From positions 1 to 50,928 of the forward strand of contig CAWVWF010000004.1 in assembly GCA_963933885.1 (NCBI GenBank): a stretch of DNA of 50,928 nucleotides, in the 5' to 3' direction. Shown here one piece after another: positions 37,254 through 47,141 of this stretch (the stretch's first letter is position 1; the number at the start of each line of letters is the position of its first letter). The stretch comes from an uncultured Flavobacteriales bacterium. Lineage in GTDB: Bacteria > Bacteroidota > Bacteroidia > Flavobacteriales_C > GCA-002722245. The notes beneath the pieces were generated by a model. The model ran no database searches, was not told where the DNA came from, and worked only from the letters and a program-made list of their open reading frames with translations. A program made the position numbers and the translations under genes.

Positions 37254-38600
37254 TTAACAACTTTCTTTTTTAAAAAAGATTTTTATTTCTGTTCCAACAC
37301 CAATTTCAGATTCAACTTTAATTTCACCACAATGAAGCTTCATAATAATCGAAATAAGTGAAAAACCAATACCTGACCCATTCATTTGTAAAGCATTCTT
37401 ACCTCTATAGAATGGAATGGTTATTTTCTCTAAATCATCTTTTGAAATTCCAATTCCACTATCCTGAATATAAAGAACATTTCTATCCTCACCTTCAATA
37501 AAACTTACATTCACAATCTTATTACCTGAGAATTTACAAGCATTATCAAACAGATTAATAAGTACTGTTTTAAGTAAATTTTTATTACCTCTAATCATCA
37601 AATCATTTCCAGAATCATCAATTACTATTTCATTCCCTGGATTGATAAAATCAAAACTACTTTTCACTTCAAACACAAAGTCTTTTAAACTAAGATCATC
37701 ATATCTTATATCCGCATCCTGACTTAAAACTCGTGATAATTGTAAGAGATTATTAACAGTATTATCTAAGCGTTCCGATTCAATCAATACAACCTTTAAA
37801 GCCTTTACGTAATCTTCCCCCTCTCTCTCTTTACTAAGTACAACTTCTGCTTCTCCCATTATCGCAGTTAACGGGTTCTTAATTTCGTGAGCAGCATTGC
37901 TAATAAAAGATTTCTGAGCCTCGAAAGCAGCTTCTAATCTATCAAGTAAACTATTAAAAGCTGTTGCCATCTGACCGATTTCATCATTCGGGTTGTAAAC
38001 ACTTAAACGCTCATGAAGGTTTGATGCTTCGATGCTGTTTGCACTTTCTATCTTCTCAGACAATGGTAAAAGTTCTCTCTTTGTAAAAATGAAACTTACC
38101 AAGAATATAAATGGGATACCAATAGCGACAAGCAATAATATAACTTGCTTTAAAAAAGATAGATTTTTCAATCCAACAGCATCTGTCGCCGTTACTATAA
38201 TCAAGTATTTTCTTCCTTTAACATTAAAAACTCTACACCTTCCTTCTCGATTATTGTGATCATATTGAATAACATCAACAGTTTCATGATTTTCAATGAA
38301 ATCTTCAGGGTAATCATATTTAAATATTAACTCAACACCTTCTATAATCTCTACAACCTCTTCCGTTTCCTCTGACAAAGTATGTAAGAACTGATCTGTA
38401 ATTTTAGCTAATTCAATAGCACTAAAAGACTCTTTTTCCAAGAAAATCTTTTCGGTTACAACAACCCTTTTTTCAAGGTGATCTTGAAAATCCTCACTCC
38501 TATGGTTTTCTGAAAATAGATATACAGTAAATCCAAAACCAATAAAAATTGAACTTGAAATAAGTGAAAAAACTAAAGAAAGTCTTGTTCTAATTTTCAT
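37254..38600 (-). CDS. HAMP-domain sensor histidine kinase (CusS/ArlS-like)
   Basis: Two TMs, HAMP (DEIGQMA.AFN.LL.RL), NAAHEIKNPL H-box, NLFDNACKFS, DSGIGI, FYRG, GSGIG. Confidence 0.94.
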   Translation of the reverse strand: MKIRTRLSLVFSLISSSIFIGFGFTVYLFSENHRSEDFQDHLEKRVVVTEKIFLEKESFSAIELAKITDQFLHTLSEETEEVVEIIEGVELIFKYDYPEDFIENHETVDVIQYDHNNREGRCRVFNVKGRKYLIIVTATDAVGLKNLSFLKQVILLLVAIGIPFIFLVSFIFTKRELLPLSEKIESANSIEASNLHERLSVYNPNDEIGQMATAFNSLLDRLEAAFEAQKSFISNAAHEIKNPLTAIMGEAEVVLSKEREGEDYVKALKVVLIESERLDNTVNNLLQLSRVLSQDADIRYDDLSLKDFVFEVKSSFDFINPGNEIVIDDSGNDLMIRGNKNLLKTVLINLFDNACKFSGNKIVNVSFIEGEDRNVLYIQDSGIGISKDDLEKITIPFYRGKNALQMNGSGIGFSLISIIMKLHCGEIKVESEIGVGTEIKIFFKKESC

Positions 38601-39283
38601 TCTCCGTCTTTAATTGTATATCCCATTCCTATAACAGTTCTAATAATTTTGGGTGTTCCTTTAACTTCAATTTTCTTTCGTAAATAATTGATGTAAACAT
38701 CAATTACATTCGTTCCCATATCAAAATTAACTTCCCAAACATTTTCTAAAATATCGATTCGAGAAACAACTCTATTCTTGTTATTTAATAAGTACTCAAG
38801 AAGATTAAATTCTTTAGCTGTAAGTACAACACTTACACCGTCACGTTTCACTTCTTTTGCATCTGTATTTACTTCAAGACTTCCATGGGATAACAAATGC
38901 GTCACTGCCTTCTTGCTAATCGATTTTCGTCTAATCTGAGTATTCATTCTCGCAAGTAATTCTTTAAACTTAAACGGCTTAGCCAAATAATCATCGGCTC
39001 CAGTTTCCAATCCAGTTACAATATCATCAGTTGTTGCTAATGCAGTTAACATGATTATTGGTGTTTCAATATGAAACTCATTTTTTAATTTAGAGCATAC
39101 TTCAATACCATTCATTCCTGGCATTATTACATCCAAAATAATAATACTAAAATCATCTTGAGTAGCTAGCTTCAATCCAGTTGTCCCATCAAAAGCTTGT
39201 GTCACTTTAAATCCCTGCTCCTCTAATCCTCTTTTTATAAAGGAAGAAACGTGTTGCTCATCCTCAATCAGTAATACTTTCAT
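38597..39283 (-). CDS. OmpR/PhoB-family response regulator
   Basis: LLIEDE, ILDVIMP, MLTA, GADDYLAKPF, LTAKEF.LL, TNVIDVYINYLRKK, TVIGMGY. Confidence 0.96.
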   Translation of the reverse strand: MKVLLIEDEQHVSSFIKRGLEEQGFKVTQAFDGTTGLKLATQDDFSIIILDVIMPGMNGIEVCSKLKNEFHIETPIIMLTALATTDDIVTGLETGADDYLAKPFKFKELLARMNTQIRRKSISKKAVTHLLSHGSLEVNTDAKEVKRDGVSVVLTAKEFNLLEYLLNNKNRVVSRIDILENVWEVNFDMGTNVIDVYINYLRKKIEVKGTPKIIRTVIGMGYTIKDGE

Positions 39284-39426
39284 GAATTTTAAATAATGAT
39301 ATACTACAAAAATAGAAAGAAAATCTTAAGTGATTCACTAATATATGTTTATAACAAAAAACAATCTATTCCTCTAATATTAAAAAGTGTACGTAACTTC
39401 AAAATAATATATTTATAGATTTTAGT

Positions 39427-40095
39427 ATGACCACTGTAATTGGAATTGTAAGTAGTAAAGGAGGAACTGGAAAATCCAGTATTTGCAATCTGTTTGCAAT
39501 TACTTTAGCAAATAAACCCATTGAAAAAAAGGTTTTAGTTATTGATGCTTCGGATAATAAAAGTTTAAGTTATTTAAATGTTTATAAGGAACAGAGCTTT
39601 TATAAAATCGTACAAAACAGTATTGATAATGTGCCTAAGATATTAGCTGCAGAATCGGATAACTTCGATCTTATCTTCATAGACTTTCCTAGCAATAGTG
39701 AATTAAATGGATTCAAAACAGCTTCCTTATGTTGTAATCGTTTTATAGTTCCAACAGGCGTTGGAATAATGGATCAAATTGCAACTAAAGAAACACTTTC
39801 GGAATTAAACGAAATCAAAAGCCTTAGAAACGCAGCTGGATTTTCTACTTCGGTAATGGTATTGCCTTCAAAAATTAATAATCAAAATGCAGTAAACGAA
39901 TTATTTGTGTTGCTAGACAAGCAAAAGATTCAACATTTTGAATTTCCATTATTAAACGATGAAGACCTAGCATATTTAATTGAACAAAACAGACCTATTA
40001 TGGATTATGTTACTGAAGGAATTGATTGGACTTCAGGGCAAGAAATATTTCATAACGTATTTATAGAATTTCATAAACAACTTGAATCAGAATAA
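39427..40095 (+). CDS. ParA family ATPase (short, type Ib-like)
   Basis: Deviant Walker A KGGTGKSS, VLVIDA, Walker B DLIFIDFP; no N-terminal HTH. Confidence 0.85.
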   Translation: MTTVIGIVSSKGGTGKSSICNLFAITLANKPIEKKVLVIDASDNKSLSYLNVYKEQSFYKIVQNSIDNVPKILAAESDNFDLIFIDFPSNSELNGFKTASLCCNRFIVPTGVGIMDQIATKETLSELNEIKSLRNAAGFSTSVMVLPSKINNQNAVNELFVLLDKQKIQHFEFPLLNDEDLAYLIEQNRPIMDYVTEGIDWTSGQEIFHNVFIEFHKQLESE

Positions 40096-40097
40096 TC

Positions 40098-40412
40098 ATG
40101 GCAAAAGGAAATATTTGGGAAGATAAAAATTTTAGTAAGCTCTCTGAAGGTTTAGAGAAAGTGGTTACTGATAATTTAGTTGAGCCAAGTGCTGTTACTA
40201 AAACAGCAAAAAAACGTAATCCTACACTATCTAAAGAAGCAAAAAAAGTAACTAAGTGGAAGGATGGGTTAAAAGATATCGTTAAAAAACCAATGATGAT
40301 TGAGAAGCATATCCACATAAGAATGAAACGTTACTGTGTAGATAAAGAAATCAATATTTTTGATTACACATGTGATTTGATAGATAGGGATTTAAAAAAG
40401 TACGGTTTTTAA
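40098..40412 (+). CDS. Small basic protein with probable C-terminal ribbon-helix-helix (ParG/omega-like)
   Basis: Starts 2 nt after the ParA stop; low-complexity N-terminus; KKPMMIEKHIHIRMKRYCVDKEINIFDYTCDLI beta-alpha-alpha pattern. Confidence 0.55.
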   Translation: MAKGNIWEDKNFSKLSEGLEKVVTDNLVEPSAVTKTAKKRNPTLSKEAKKVTKWKDGLKDIVKKPMMIEKHIHIRMKRYCVDKEINIFDYTCDLIDRDLKKYGF

Positions 40413-40459
40413 CTTGATCTCAATTAATTATAGTAAATTTGGGGTTCAATTTTATTGTT

Positions 40460-40828
40460 ATGAATAGTCCGAAAGCAAAAGAGCAAATCCTTAAAGTGAT
40501 TAGCGATATAGAAAAAGGTGCAGAAGCAGAAGCTGTAGCTAATGAAATGATGGAAATCAGAAAAATTGCTTTAGCAGAAGAAGATCCTTTGATGGTTAAA
40601 ACTTTCAGGATTATTGCTGATAAAATTAAAGAAGATGAGTCTTTAGATTTCGATATCGAAATCGAAATGCCAGTTGAAGAGGTTGAAGAAGGTGAGGAAG
40701 AGGAAGAATACGAAGCTCCAGATAATCATTTAACTTACTTGTTATCTTTAATGGCTGATTCTGACAACAAATACAACAGAGAAGAAATTAAATTATATAG
40801 AACGGCTATTTGGGACGATATCTATTAA
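40460..40828 (+). CDS. Acidic hypothetical protein
   Basis: Upstream TAAATTTG box, downstream terminator, Glu-rich loop, YLLSLM....NKYNREEI; ATG at 40460 preferred. Confidence 0.75.
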   Translation: MNSPKAKEQILKVISDIEKGAEAEAVANEMMEIRKIALAEEDPLMVKTFRIIADKIKEDESLDFDIEIEMPVEEVEEGEEEEEYEAPDNHLTYLLSLMADSDNKYNREEIKLYRTAIWDDIY

Positions 40829-40849
40829 TTAACGATTAAATAATATTTT

Positions 40850-40881
40850 AAAAAGCTGTTTCTTTTGGAACGGCTTTTTTT
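40850..40881 (+). terminator. Intrinsic terminator
   Basis: AAAAAGCTGTTTC-TTTT-GGAACGGCTTTTTTT. Confidence 0.8.
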
Positions 40882-40941
40882 ATGCCTTATAGTCTAGGGG
40901 CAACCTGTATCTTTAAATCAATCTTTGATTATAATTGAAAA

Positions 40942-42507
40942 GTGGGAATCAAAAAAATCACATTATTATTCTTAATTCTTATAAGCCTTCAAATTTCGGC
41001 GCAGGATACGATTCCTATATTTTTCAAATCTGGAAGTACAACGTTATCTCAAACTGCAAAACTTAAGCTCGAAAATATACCTAAGAATTATAACCTTAGT
41101 AAGGTTGATACTATAAAATTTATTGGTTCAAGTGACTCAACGGGAAATGCATTTATCAACTTAATACTGTCTAAGAAAAGAGCAAAAAAAGCTAAAAGTT
41201 ATTGCTTATTTTTTAAGGATGATATTTATTTCATGTCTCATTATCTGGGTGAAAAATTAACAGGTAAACTAAGTTCGAATCGCTCTGTAAAAGTCATCTT
41301 AAATTATAAAAATGATACGATTGAAAAAGACATTGATGTCGTTGATCAAGATATGGACTCTATAAAGCAATTCAAATCATTCTGCTATCAAGTAGACTAT
41401 GATTTAATTCGATCAAGTTCAATTCGGAAAATTAAATTCAACACAGGGAATTTCATTTACATAGAAGTTGAACCAGGTTCACATGATGTAGATAGTGCTA
41501 GATTTTACGCTGGATTTAATAAAAAAGATAGCTCATACAGTATCGAGAAACTAGAATGGGAAACGGCAACAACGGGTAATTTTTGGTGGAAAAAAAATCG
41601 GTTTTCCACTAAAATACCACTTCAATACTGGAATCAATATAGAGTTTTTAAAAAGGTTGATAATTGCTCCTCTTGCGCAAATTCATTTCCTACAAAACCG
41701 AACGATAAGTTTTCTAAATCATTAGAAACAGATGTCTTTTTAATGAAAAACTTTCAATATAAATTCAACTGGTTTAGATCAGGTTATAAAGTAAGAATCC
41801 CAAGAGAATTTGTTGATGAGAAGACTACTTATTACACTGGTTGTTCAGACAATAACAAGAAAATAAAATGGAAGCGAAAAAGATTCGGAAAGCGCAAGAA
41901 TTACTATTACACTAGGTTATCGTCAAAGAAAAGGAATAACTGCGCTGCTAATATAACAAAGGAAACATTGCATTGTAAAGCCGATAAAAGTTCAACTTGT
42001 GATAATTGTTTTATTAAATGTGGAACGCCTTCAGGGGGTGATTGTTTCGATTCAAAATATCGAGTAGCAATCGAATATGGTTTGTTACCGTTAAAAACCT
42101 CACTAGGTTTTATAGGAGCTTCTATTGGAATTGACAAGAAGAAATATTTCAGTAAATTAACAATAGGATCTAATGAACAACTTCATTTACATATTCAAGG
42201 TCAGTATAGCCGATACCTTATACATTTCCCTAATTCTGCGTTAAACTTTCTAAAGCCGTGGCAAAACCCTTCTAATTCTCCAATAAAGTCCTTAGGTAGC
42301 CTTTATACAGGTATCCAATATCGTACAACATTTGATAATCCTATTAGTGAATCTAAAACTAATTTGAACTTACACTTTGGATATGCATATCATAAAATCC
42401 GATATAATTTCTATTGCCAATCAGGATTACAATATAATTTTTCAGCCAATCAATTTCAGCCAATGATTCAAATCGGAGGTTCAATAAAACTTTTTAGCTT
42501 GAGGTAA
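40942..42507 (+). CDS. Exported protein with N-terminal OmpA-like domain and uncharacterised C-terminal region
   Basis: Signal peptide; IFF.SGS..L, G.SDSTG....N..LS.KRA, NRSV.V. Confidence 0.65.
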   Translation: MGIKKITLLFLILISLQISAQDTIPIFFKSGSTTLSQTAKLKLENIPKNYNLSKVDTIKFIGSSDSTGNAFINLILSKKRAKKAKSYCLFFKDDIYFMSHYLGEKLTGKLSSNRSVKVILNYKNDTIEKDIDVVDQDMDSIKQFKSFCYQVDYDLIRSSSIRKIKFNTGNFIYIEVEPGSHDVDSARFYAGFNKKDSSYSIEKLEWETATTGNFWWKKNRFSTKIPLQYWNQYRVFKKVDNCSSCANSFPTKPNDKFSKSLETDVFLMKNFQYKFNWFRSGYKVRIPREFVDEKTTYYTGCSDNNKKIKWKRKRFGKRKNYYYTRLSSKKRNNCAANITKETLHCKADKSSTCDNCFIKCGTPSGGDCFDSKYRVAIEYGLLPLKTSLGFIGASIGIDKKKYFSKLTIGSNEQLHLHIQGQYSRYLIHFPNSALNFLKPWQNPSNSPIKSLGSLYTGIQYRTTFDNPISESKTNLNLHFGYAYHKIRYNFYCQSGLQYNFSANQFQPMIQIGGSIKLFSLR

Positions 42508-42526
42508 AAAATGAAATTCGTTAGGG

Positions 42527-43870
42527 CTAATGAACGTCAACTCCATCAAAGGTAATTTCAGTAATAGCTGTTCTTTTACTTATCCCATGATACACTTCTA
42601 GAATTTCAAATCGAAAAACTAAATCTTTGTTATTCTCATAATCAACCACTCCAATTTTGAAGGACTGATTTGATTTTAAATCATCTAGTTTTAAAATTCC
42701 AAACGGGACTTCATTTACAAATACTTTCAAGGATTTCACTCTATTATGATAACGCCAAAGTGAATCTGATTCGAAAAAACCGTTGGATACTATAATTGTA
42801 TGAATCCTTGGGCTTTTATATTCAAAGTGATAGTCCAAATAAGAGCCTATCCCGTTATTTAAGGAATCACTTAACCAAGAAGTCTTATAGCTAAAATCGT
42901 TTGCTAAAACGGCTTCAGAATTCTTTGAGCTAACTATTTTATAGTTTCCTCCTCCACAATACCAACTGCATCCAGCTTCCATTACATTCCAAACACTTTC
43001 GTACGTTTCATCATACTTTTCGATTAAAGAATCCAATCTGATTTTTTCTATGCTAGAAAGAGAATCTTTTTCAAACAAATGGTTTCGTTCTACAAGTTCT
43101 AATTCTGTTGATAGACTTAAATTAGGGAAATAATAATTTGAAGCGGTGTGCATCCTTACCGATTTTTTTGAGATCGAATCAGCAAAGTTGAAATTCATTT
43201 GCTTAAACGATTTTTTATAAAAGCCCATATTTCCATCAAAGTCAAATTTCTTATATTTTAATATAAATTCTTTAGCGTTAAATTCAATATTTGGATTTGC
43301 GTTTCTATTAACTTCAATTACTATATTTTTCTGATTTGGATAAAGCTCTAAACATTCACGAATATGAGTTTTACTATCTTCAAAAACCCGAACCATATAG
43401 TATTTTGTCCCACCACCATTTGAACCTCCACCTAACAGCATATAAAATGTGCGATTCTTAAAAACAAATGTTTCGATTTTGTAATAGTATGCAGATAAGG
43501 AAGATTCATATGATTTAAACACTTCAAATATTGGGTTCAACCCTTTATACGCTATATAACTTGTAACATCAGATGAAGAGCCTCCATTAAAATTATCCCA
43601 TGAATAAATGCATAGTTTGTAATCTTTTGAAACTCTCCTTGCTTTGAAAAGGAAATTATCCTTAACACTATCTAAAGCGTATTGAAAAAATTCTGGTTCG
43701 GAAAGCAGTATTTCAACTGTTGAGTTAAATTCTACTGCTGAAGTATGGTTTAGTCTTTCTACTTTTAACGCGCGTACGACTTTCAATAAGGAATCTACTT
43801 TATCATTTTGAGAGACCCCGTCAAAAACAAGGAGGCTTAATAAAAATATAATACAGATTTTGAATTTCAT
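42527..43870 (-). CDS. Exported two-domain protein with C-terminal discoidin-like (NADase-type glycan-binding-like) domain
   Basis: Signal peptide; GCSWYCGG, D..YKT.W, GIG.Y, NG...S..LW....RVK.LK, FEILEVY.G...TAITEI.FDG. Confidence 0.6.
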   Translation of the reverse strand: MKFKICIIFLLSLLVFDGVSQNDKVDSLLKVVRALKVERLNHTSAVEFNSTVEILLSEPEFFQYALDSVKDNFLFKARRVSKDYKLCIYSWDNFNGGSSSDVTSYIAYKGLNPIFEVFKSYESSLSAYYYKIETFVFKNRTFYMLLGGGSNGGGTKYYMVRVFEDSKTHIRECLELYPNQKNIVIEVNRNANPNIEFNAKEFILKYKKFDFDGNMGFYKKSFKQMNFNFADSISKKSVRMHTASNYYFPNLSLSTELELVERNHLFEKDSLSSIEKIRLDSLIEKYDETYESVWNVMEAGCSWYCGGGNYKIVSSKNSEAVLANDFSYKTSWLSDSLNNGIGSYLDYHFEYKSPRIHTIIVSNGFFESDSLWRYHNRVKSLKVFVNEVPFGILKLDDLKSNQSFKIGVVDYENNKDLVFRFEILEVYHGISKRTAITEITFDGVDVH

Positions 43871-43882
43871 AAACAGATAAAT

Positions 43883-44251
43883 CTAATCCCAAAAACTATC
43901 AAGATCTCTTCTGTTCTTTTTGGTAGGACGTCCAAGCATTCCTTTTTGTCTTAAATCATTGTTCTCTTTTTGGACTTGCTTTAACATTTTCAAATCATCC
44001 TCATCTGTAGTTTCGATCATTAAATCTGCAACTAACTTAGCGCCTACTCTACTCTTTGGGATATCTCTAACCTTATAAGTTCTCCAAATTGGCAATGCTT
44101 TTATAGCGAAGGATTGATCAATCTTAATTTCTTTTGAAGACTTTTTTACGATAACCCCATTGATCTTGATATTCCCTGCTTCTACATTTTTAGCAGACAA
44201 CGATCTTGTTTTAAAAAGACGAACGCACCACAAATATTTATCTATTCTCAT
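43883..44251 (-). CDS. hslR: RNA-binding S4 protein, ribosome-associated heat shock protein Hsp15
   Basis: MRIDKYLWCVRLFKTRSL, GRPTKKNRR. Confidence 0.93.
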   Translation of the reverse strand: MRIDKYLWCVRLFKTRSLSAKNVEAGNIKINGVIVKKSSKEIKIDQSFAIKALPIWRTYKVRDIPKSRVGAKLVADLMIETTDEDDLKMLKQVQKENNDLRQKGMLGRPTKKNRRDLDSFWD

Positions 44252-44281
44252 ATTATAAAAAATGAAAGGTTCAATATGATT

Positions 44282-44974
44282 TTAATCTTCAAACAAAGGA
44301 GTTCCGTTTTCGTCTGTTGTTAGAATATAACTCATTAAATCAAAAAGAGGATGCATTGCCAAGAAAACAGCTGCTACCTTTTTATGAAAATCTTTAGATT
44401 GAACTTCTTCATCAGTAAAATCATGCTTAAGTATATGTTGTTTATACCTTAGTAAATCAATAGAAGATGCTTCTTTATCAAACCCTTTTGGAGCAGTCTT
44501 TAATTGATCTCCTAGTAATTCTCCGAATACTTCCTTAAATTCTTTAGAACCTAATATTTTTCTAAATTCACTTTCTTCTGATTCTATTCCTTTTCTAAGT
44601 TTTAATAAATCATCTTTATTTGGTCCCCAAAAACCTCCTGCTGCGAATGAATTTCCTGGTTCGATGTGAAAGTAAAAACCTCCTCTTAATAAATTAGTGG
44701 CTCTTTTAAACGAACCACTCCAATTGTTCTTATATGGTTCCTTATTTTTAGAAAACCTTACATCTCTGTATATTCTGTGAAGCGCTTTCTTTCCAGTAGC
44801 TGTTTCAATTTTATCAAACGTTTTAATTTCTTCCAATAAAGAGTCTGAAAATGAAATCACTTTCTCATGTTCTTCAATATACAATGATTTGTTTTCGTTA
44901 AACCATTCTCTATTGTTGTTTTTAGATAACTTATTTAAAAACTTAAAACTCGATGCTTGAATATTAGTGCTCAT
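44282..44974 (-). CDS. DUF2461 family protein
   Basis: FL..L..NNNREWF..NK..Y, RIYRDVRFSKNK.PYK, LKTAPKGF. Confidence 0.9.
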   Translation of the reverse strand: MSTNIQASSFKFLNKLSKNNNREWFNENKSLYIEEHEKVISFSDSLLEEIKTFDKIETATGKKALHRIYRDVRFSKNKEPYKNNWSGSFKRATNLLRGGFYFHIEPGNSFAAGGFWGPNKDDLLKLRKGIESEESEFRKILGSKEFKEVFGELLGDQLKTAPKGFDKEASSIDLLRYKQHILKHDFTDEEVQSKDFHKKVAAVFLAMHPLFDLMSYILTTDENGTPLFED

Positions 44975-45090
44975 CTTCTATAAATTAAATTCAACCTGAT
45001 ATTGTAAACTAGCCTTTACTAAAATAGCAAATAATTTGTGTTTCCTACTCAACTTCAGTTCCTATTTCTTGATTTGTGTATAGCTTGCCT

Positions 45091-46086
45091 TTATCGCTTA
45101 AAAACGGCTTTTAAAGTTTCCTTTATTGAAACTACATTTAATGGGAATTCCAATAATACATGAAGCATACTTATAAAAAATAACACCTTCAATCCTATAG
45201 AATAATTATAAAAATAGGTTCCAATTGCAAGAACGGAAACTGCAATTACAACAAGTAATCTAGGCTTTGTTAAACTTTTACCCCAACCTATTACCGATGT
45301 TTTTGAAAACCAATTTAAGTAATGATACAAGTATGCATAAGAGATGAATACTTGGGTTTTACAAGCTGTTAAAGGGGTTACTTTTTCAATCCCGATTAAG
45401 GACTCAAAATCCAAGTTTGTCTGTTGATGTGAGCTTTTAAAAATTCCTTTTATAGATTCAGGAATCGAATAACCTTCCGGATCTAATGGTACATACAATA
45501 CAATTATCGGTACCAAAACATGAAGGATAATAGGAATATAACCAGTTTTGTTCTTAGACTTGATTGCCCCGTACAGCATAAACATTCCTGTGAAAATATA
45601 AACATGAACCAAGGTTGGAAGGAACGTTCCAATTAATATATGGAAGTTATCTGCTTCCCTTAAAAAAGCGCCAACAAACATTGCTAATACCCCAACAAGA
45701 AAGTAAAACATCTTGTTATCAGTAAACACAACAGTTATCCCCAAAATTAACGATGTAAAAATAACTGGATCTCCCCATTTAGTTAATGCTATAACTTGAT
45801 CGTAAACATCTTTATGCGCTCGAGTCCATTCCTCAATACCTGGTAAGAAAAATAAATGTGGAATACTTAAAAAGGCGGTTAAACCTCCCAAGATCCAAAC
45901 TGTTGTTTTCTTTGATTTCGAAAAATAATTATTATCGTTTAACCAATTGATTTCCGTTAAATAATGAAGCGGTCCTAGAATGGCGTAAGAATAAATTAAT
46001 AGTCTGAATGGAAGAATATAAGCCAAGATTAAACATGCTGGAATAAGTATAATATTAAGCCGATCTATATTCTGATTTTTCACCAT
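45091..46086 (-). CDS. Uncharacterised polytopic membrane protein
   Basis: Many TM segments; LGPLHYLTEI.WL, PTLVHV, YHYLNWFSKT, LHVLLEFPLN. Confidence 0.75.
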   Translation of the reverse strand: MVKNQNIDRLNIILIPACLILAYILPFRLLIYSYAILGPLHYLTEINWLNDNNYFSKSKKTTVWILGGLTAFLSIPHLFFLPGIEEWTRAHKDVYDQVIALTKWGDPVIFTSLILGITVVFTDNKMFYFLVGVLAMFVGAFLREADNFHILIGTFLPTLVHVYIFTGMFMLYGAIKSKNKTGYIPIILHVLVPIIVLYVPLDPEGYSIPESIKGIFKSSHQQTNLDFESLIGIEKVTPLTACKTQVFISYAYLYHYLNWFSKTSVIGWGKSLTKPRLLVVIAVSVLAIGTYFYNYSIGLKVLFFISMLHVLLEFPLNVVSIKETLKAVFKR

Positions 46087-46100
46087 TCCTTAGTAAATCA

Positions 46101-47141
46101 TTAAACTGTTAATTCACCGATCCAATTGGTGGTTAGAAGTAATTCTATTTTAGATGCTTCTGAATAATTTCCGAGAACTACCATCAACTTCGTAAGTGCA
46201 GCTTCAGTAGTCATATCATTTCCTGAAAGAACGCCTATTTCTTTCAATACATTACTTGCTTCATATTTCCCAAGCTCTACAGATCCAACGTTACATTGTG
46301 ACACTGCAATAATCTTCACTCCTGATTTGATAGAAGATTTTAATATCTCAACACTCGCTTGAGAAAGGTTTACCGTTCCGGTTCCAAATGTTTCTAAAAC
46401 GACTCCTTTAACCCAACTAGAAGAAATTACTTGATCAATATACTGATCACTGATACCTGGAAAAAGCTTTAAGATAACAACGTTTTTTTCTAGCTTATTT
46501 AAAGACTGAAAAACAGCATCAGAAACGTTATTTATTAAAGCATCTTTATATTTAATATTAACCCCAGCAGTTGCCAATACTGAATAATTAGGTGATGAAA
46601 ATGCATCAAAATTTTCTGTATTGTTCTTTGTACTCCTAACCCCTCTGTATAATTTATTATCGAAAAACACAGCTACTTCTGGAACACGAGGTAAATTGTT
46701 TTTCTGAGCAATCGCAATTTCAATTGCAGTTACTAAGTTTTCATGCGCATCACTTCTTGGTTCACTAATTGGCAATTGAGAACCTGTGAAAATCACAGGT
46801 TTATTTAAGCCTTGAAGTAGAAACCCCAAAGCACTAGCTGAAAAAGCCATTGTATCTGTTCCGTGAAGAACGACAAAACCGTTATATAATTCGTAATTAT
46901 CTTGAATGATGCTTCTGATTTCTAACCATTCCTCTAAACCTACATGAGCAGAATCCATTGGTTCTTTAAAAGAAGCCACTGAAACATCAGCTTTTAGGTC
47001 CTTTAATTTTGGAACAAATTCTAAAACACTATCAACTGAAAAAGGTAAGTACGATCCAGAATTTTCATCCTCAATCATACCAATCGTTCCACCAGTATAA
47101 ATTAGTAATATTTTGGATTTGTTATTTGTACCAGCTTGCAT
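46101..47141 (-). CDS. ansA: Type I (cytoplasmic) L-asparaginase
   Basis: IYTGGTIGM, HGTDTMA, TGSQLP, F.SPN, DMT.EAALTKL; ATG at 47141 chosen (ORF track 47162). Confidence 0.93.
   Translation of the reverse strand: MQAGTNNKSKILLIYTGGTIGMIEDENSGSYLPFSVDSVLEFVPKLKDLKADVSVASFKEPMDSAHVGLEEWLEIRSIIQDNYELYNGFVVLHGTDTMAFSASALGFLLQGLNKPVIFTGSQLPISEPRSDAHENLVTAIEIAIAQKNNLPRVPEVAVFFDNKLYRGVRSTKNNTENFDAFSSPNYSVLATAGVNIKYKDALINNVSDAVFQSLNKLEKNVVILKLFPGISDQYIDQVISSSWVKGVVLETFGTGTVNLSQASVEILKSSIKSGVKIIAVSQCNVGSVELGKYEASNVLKEIGVLSGNDMTTEAALTKLMVVLGNYSEASKIELLLTTNWIGELTV

Noticed and set aside
36526-40412. Carbonic anhydrase near ParA as a carboxysome/McdAB-like system
   Set aside because: No shell proteins or RuBisCO in the window; the ParA partner looks like a DNA-binding RHH protein and the genes are divergent
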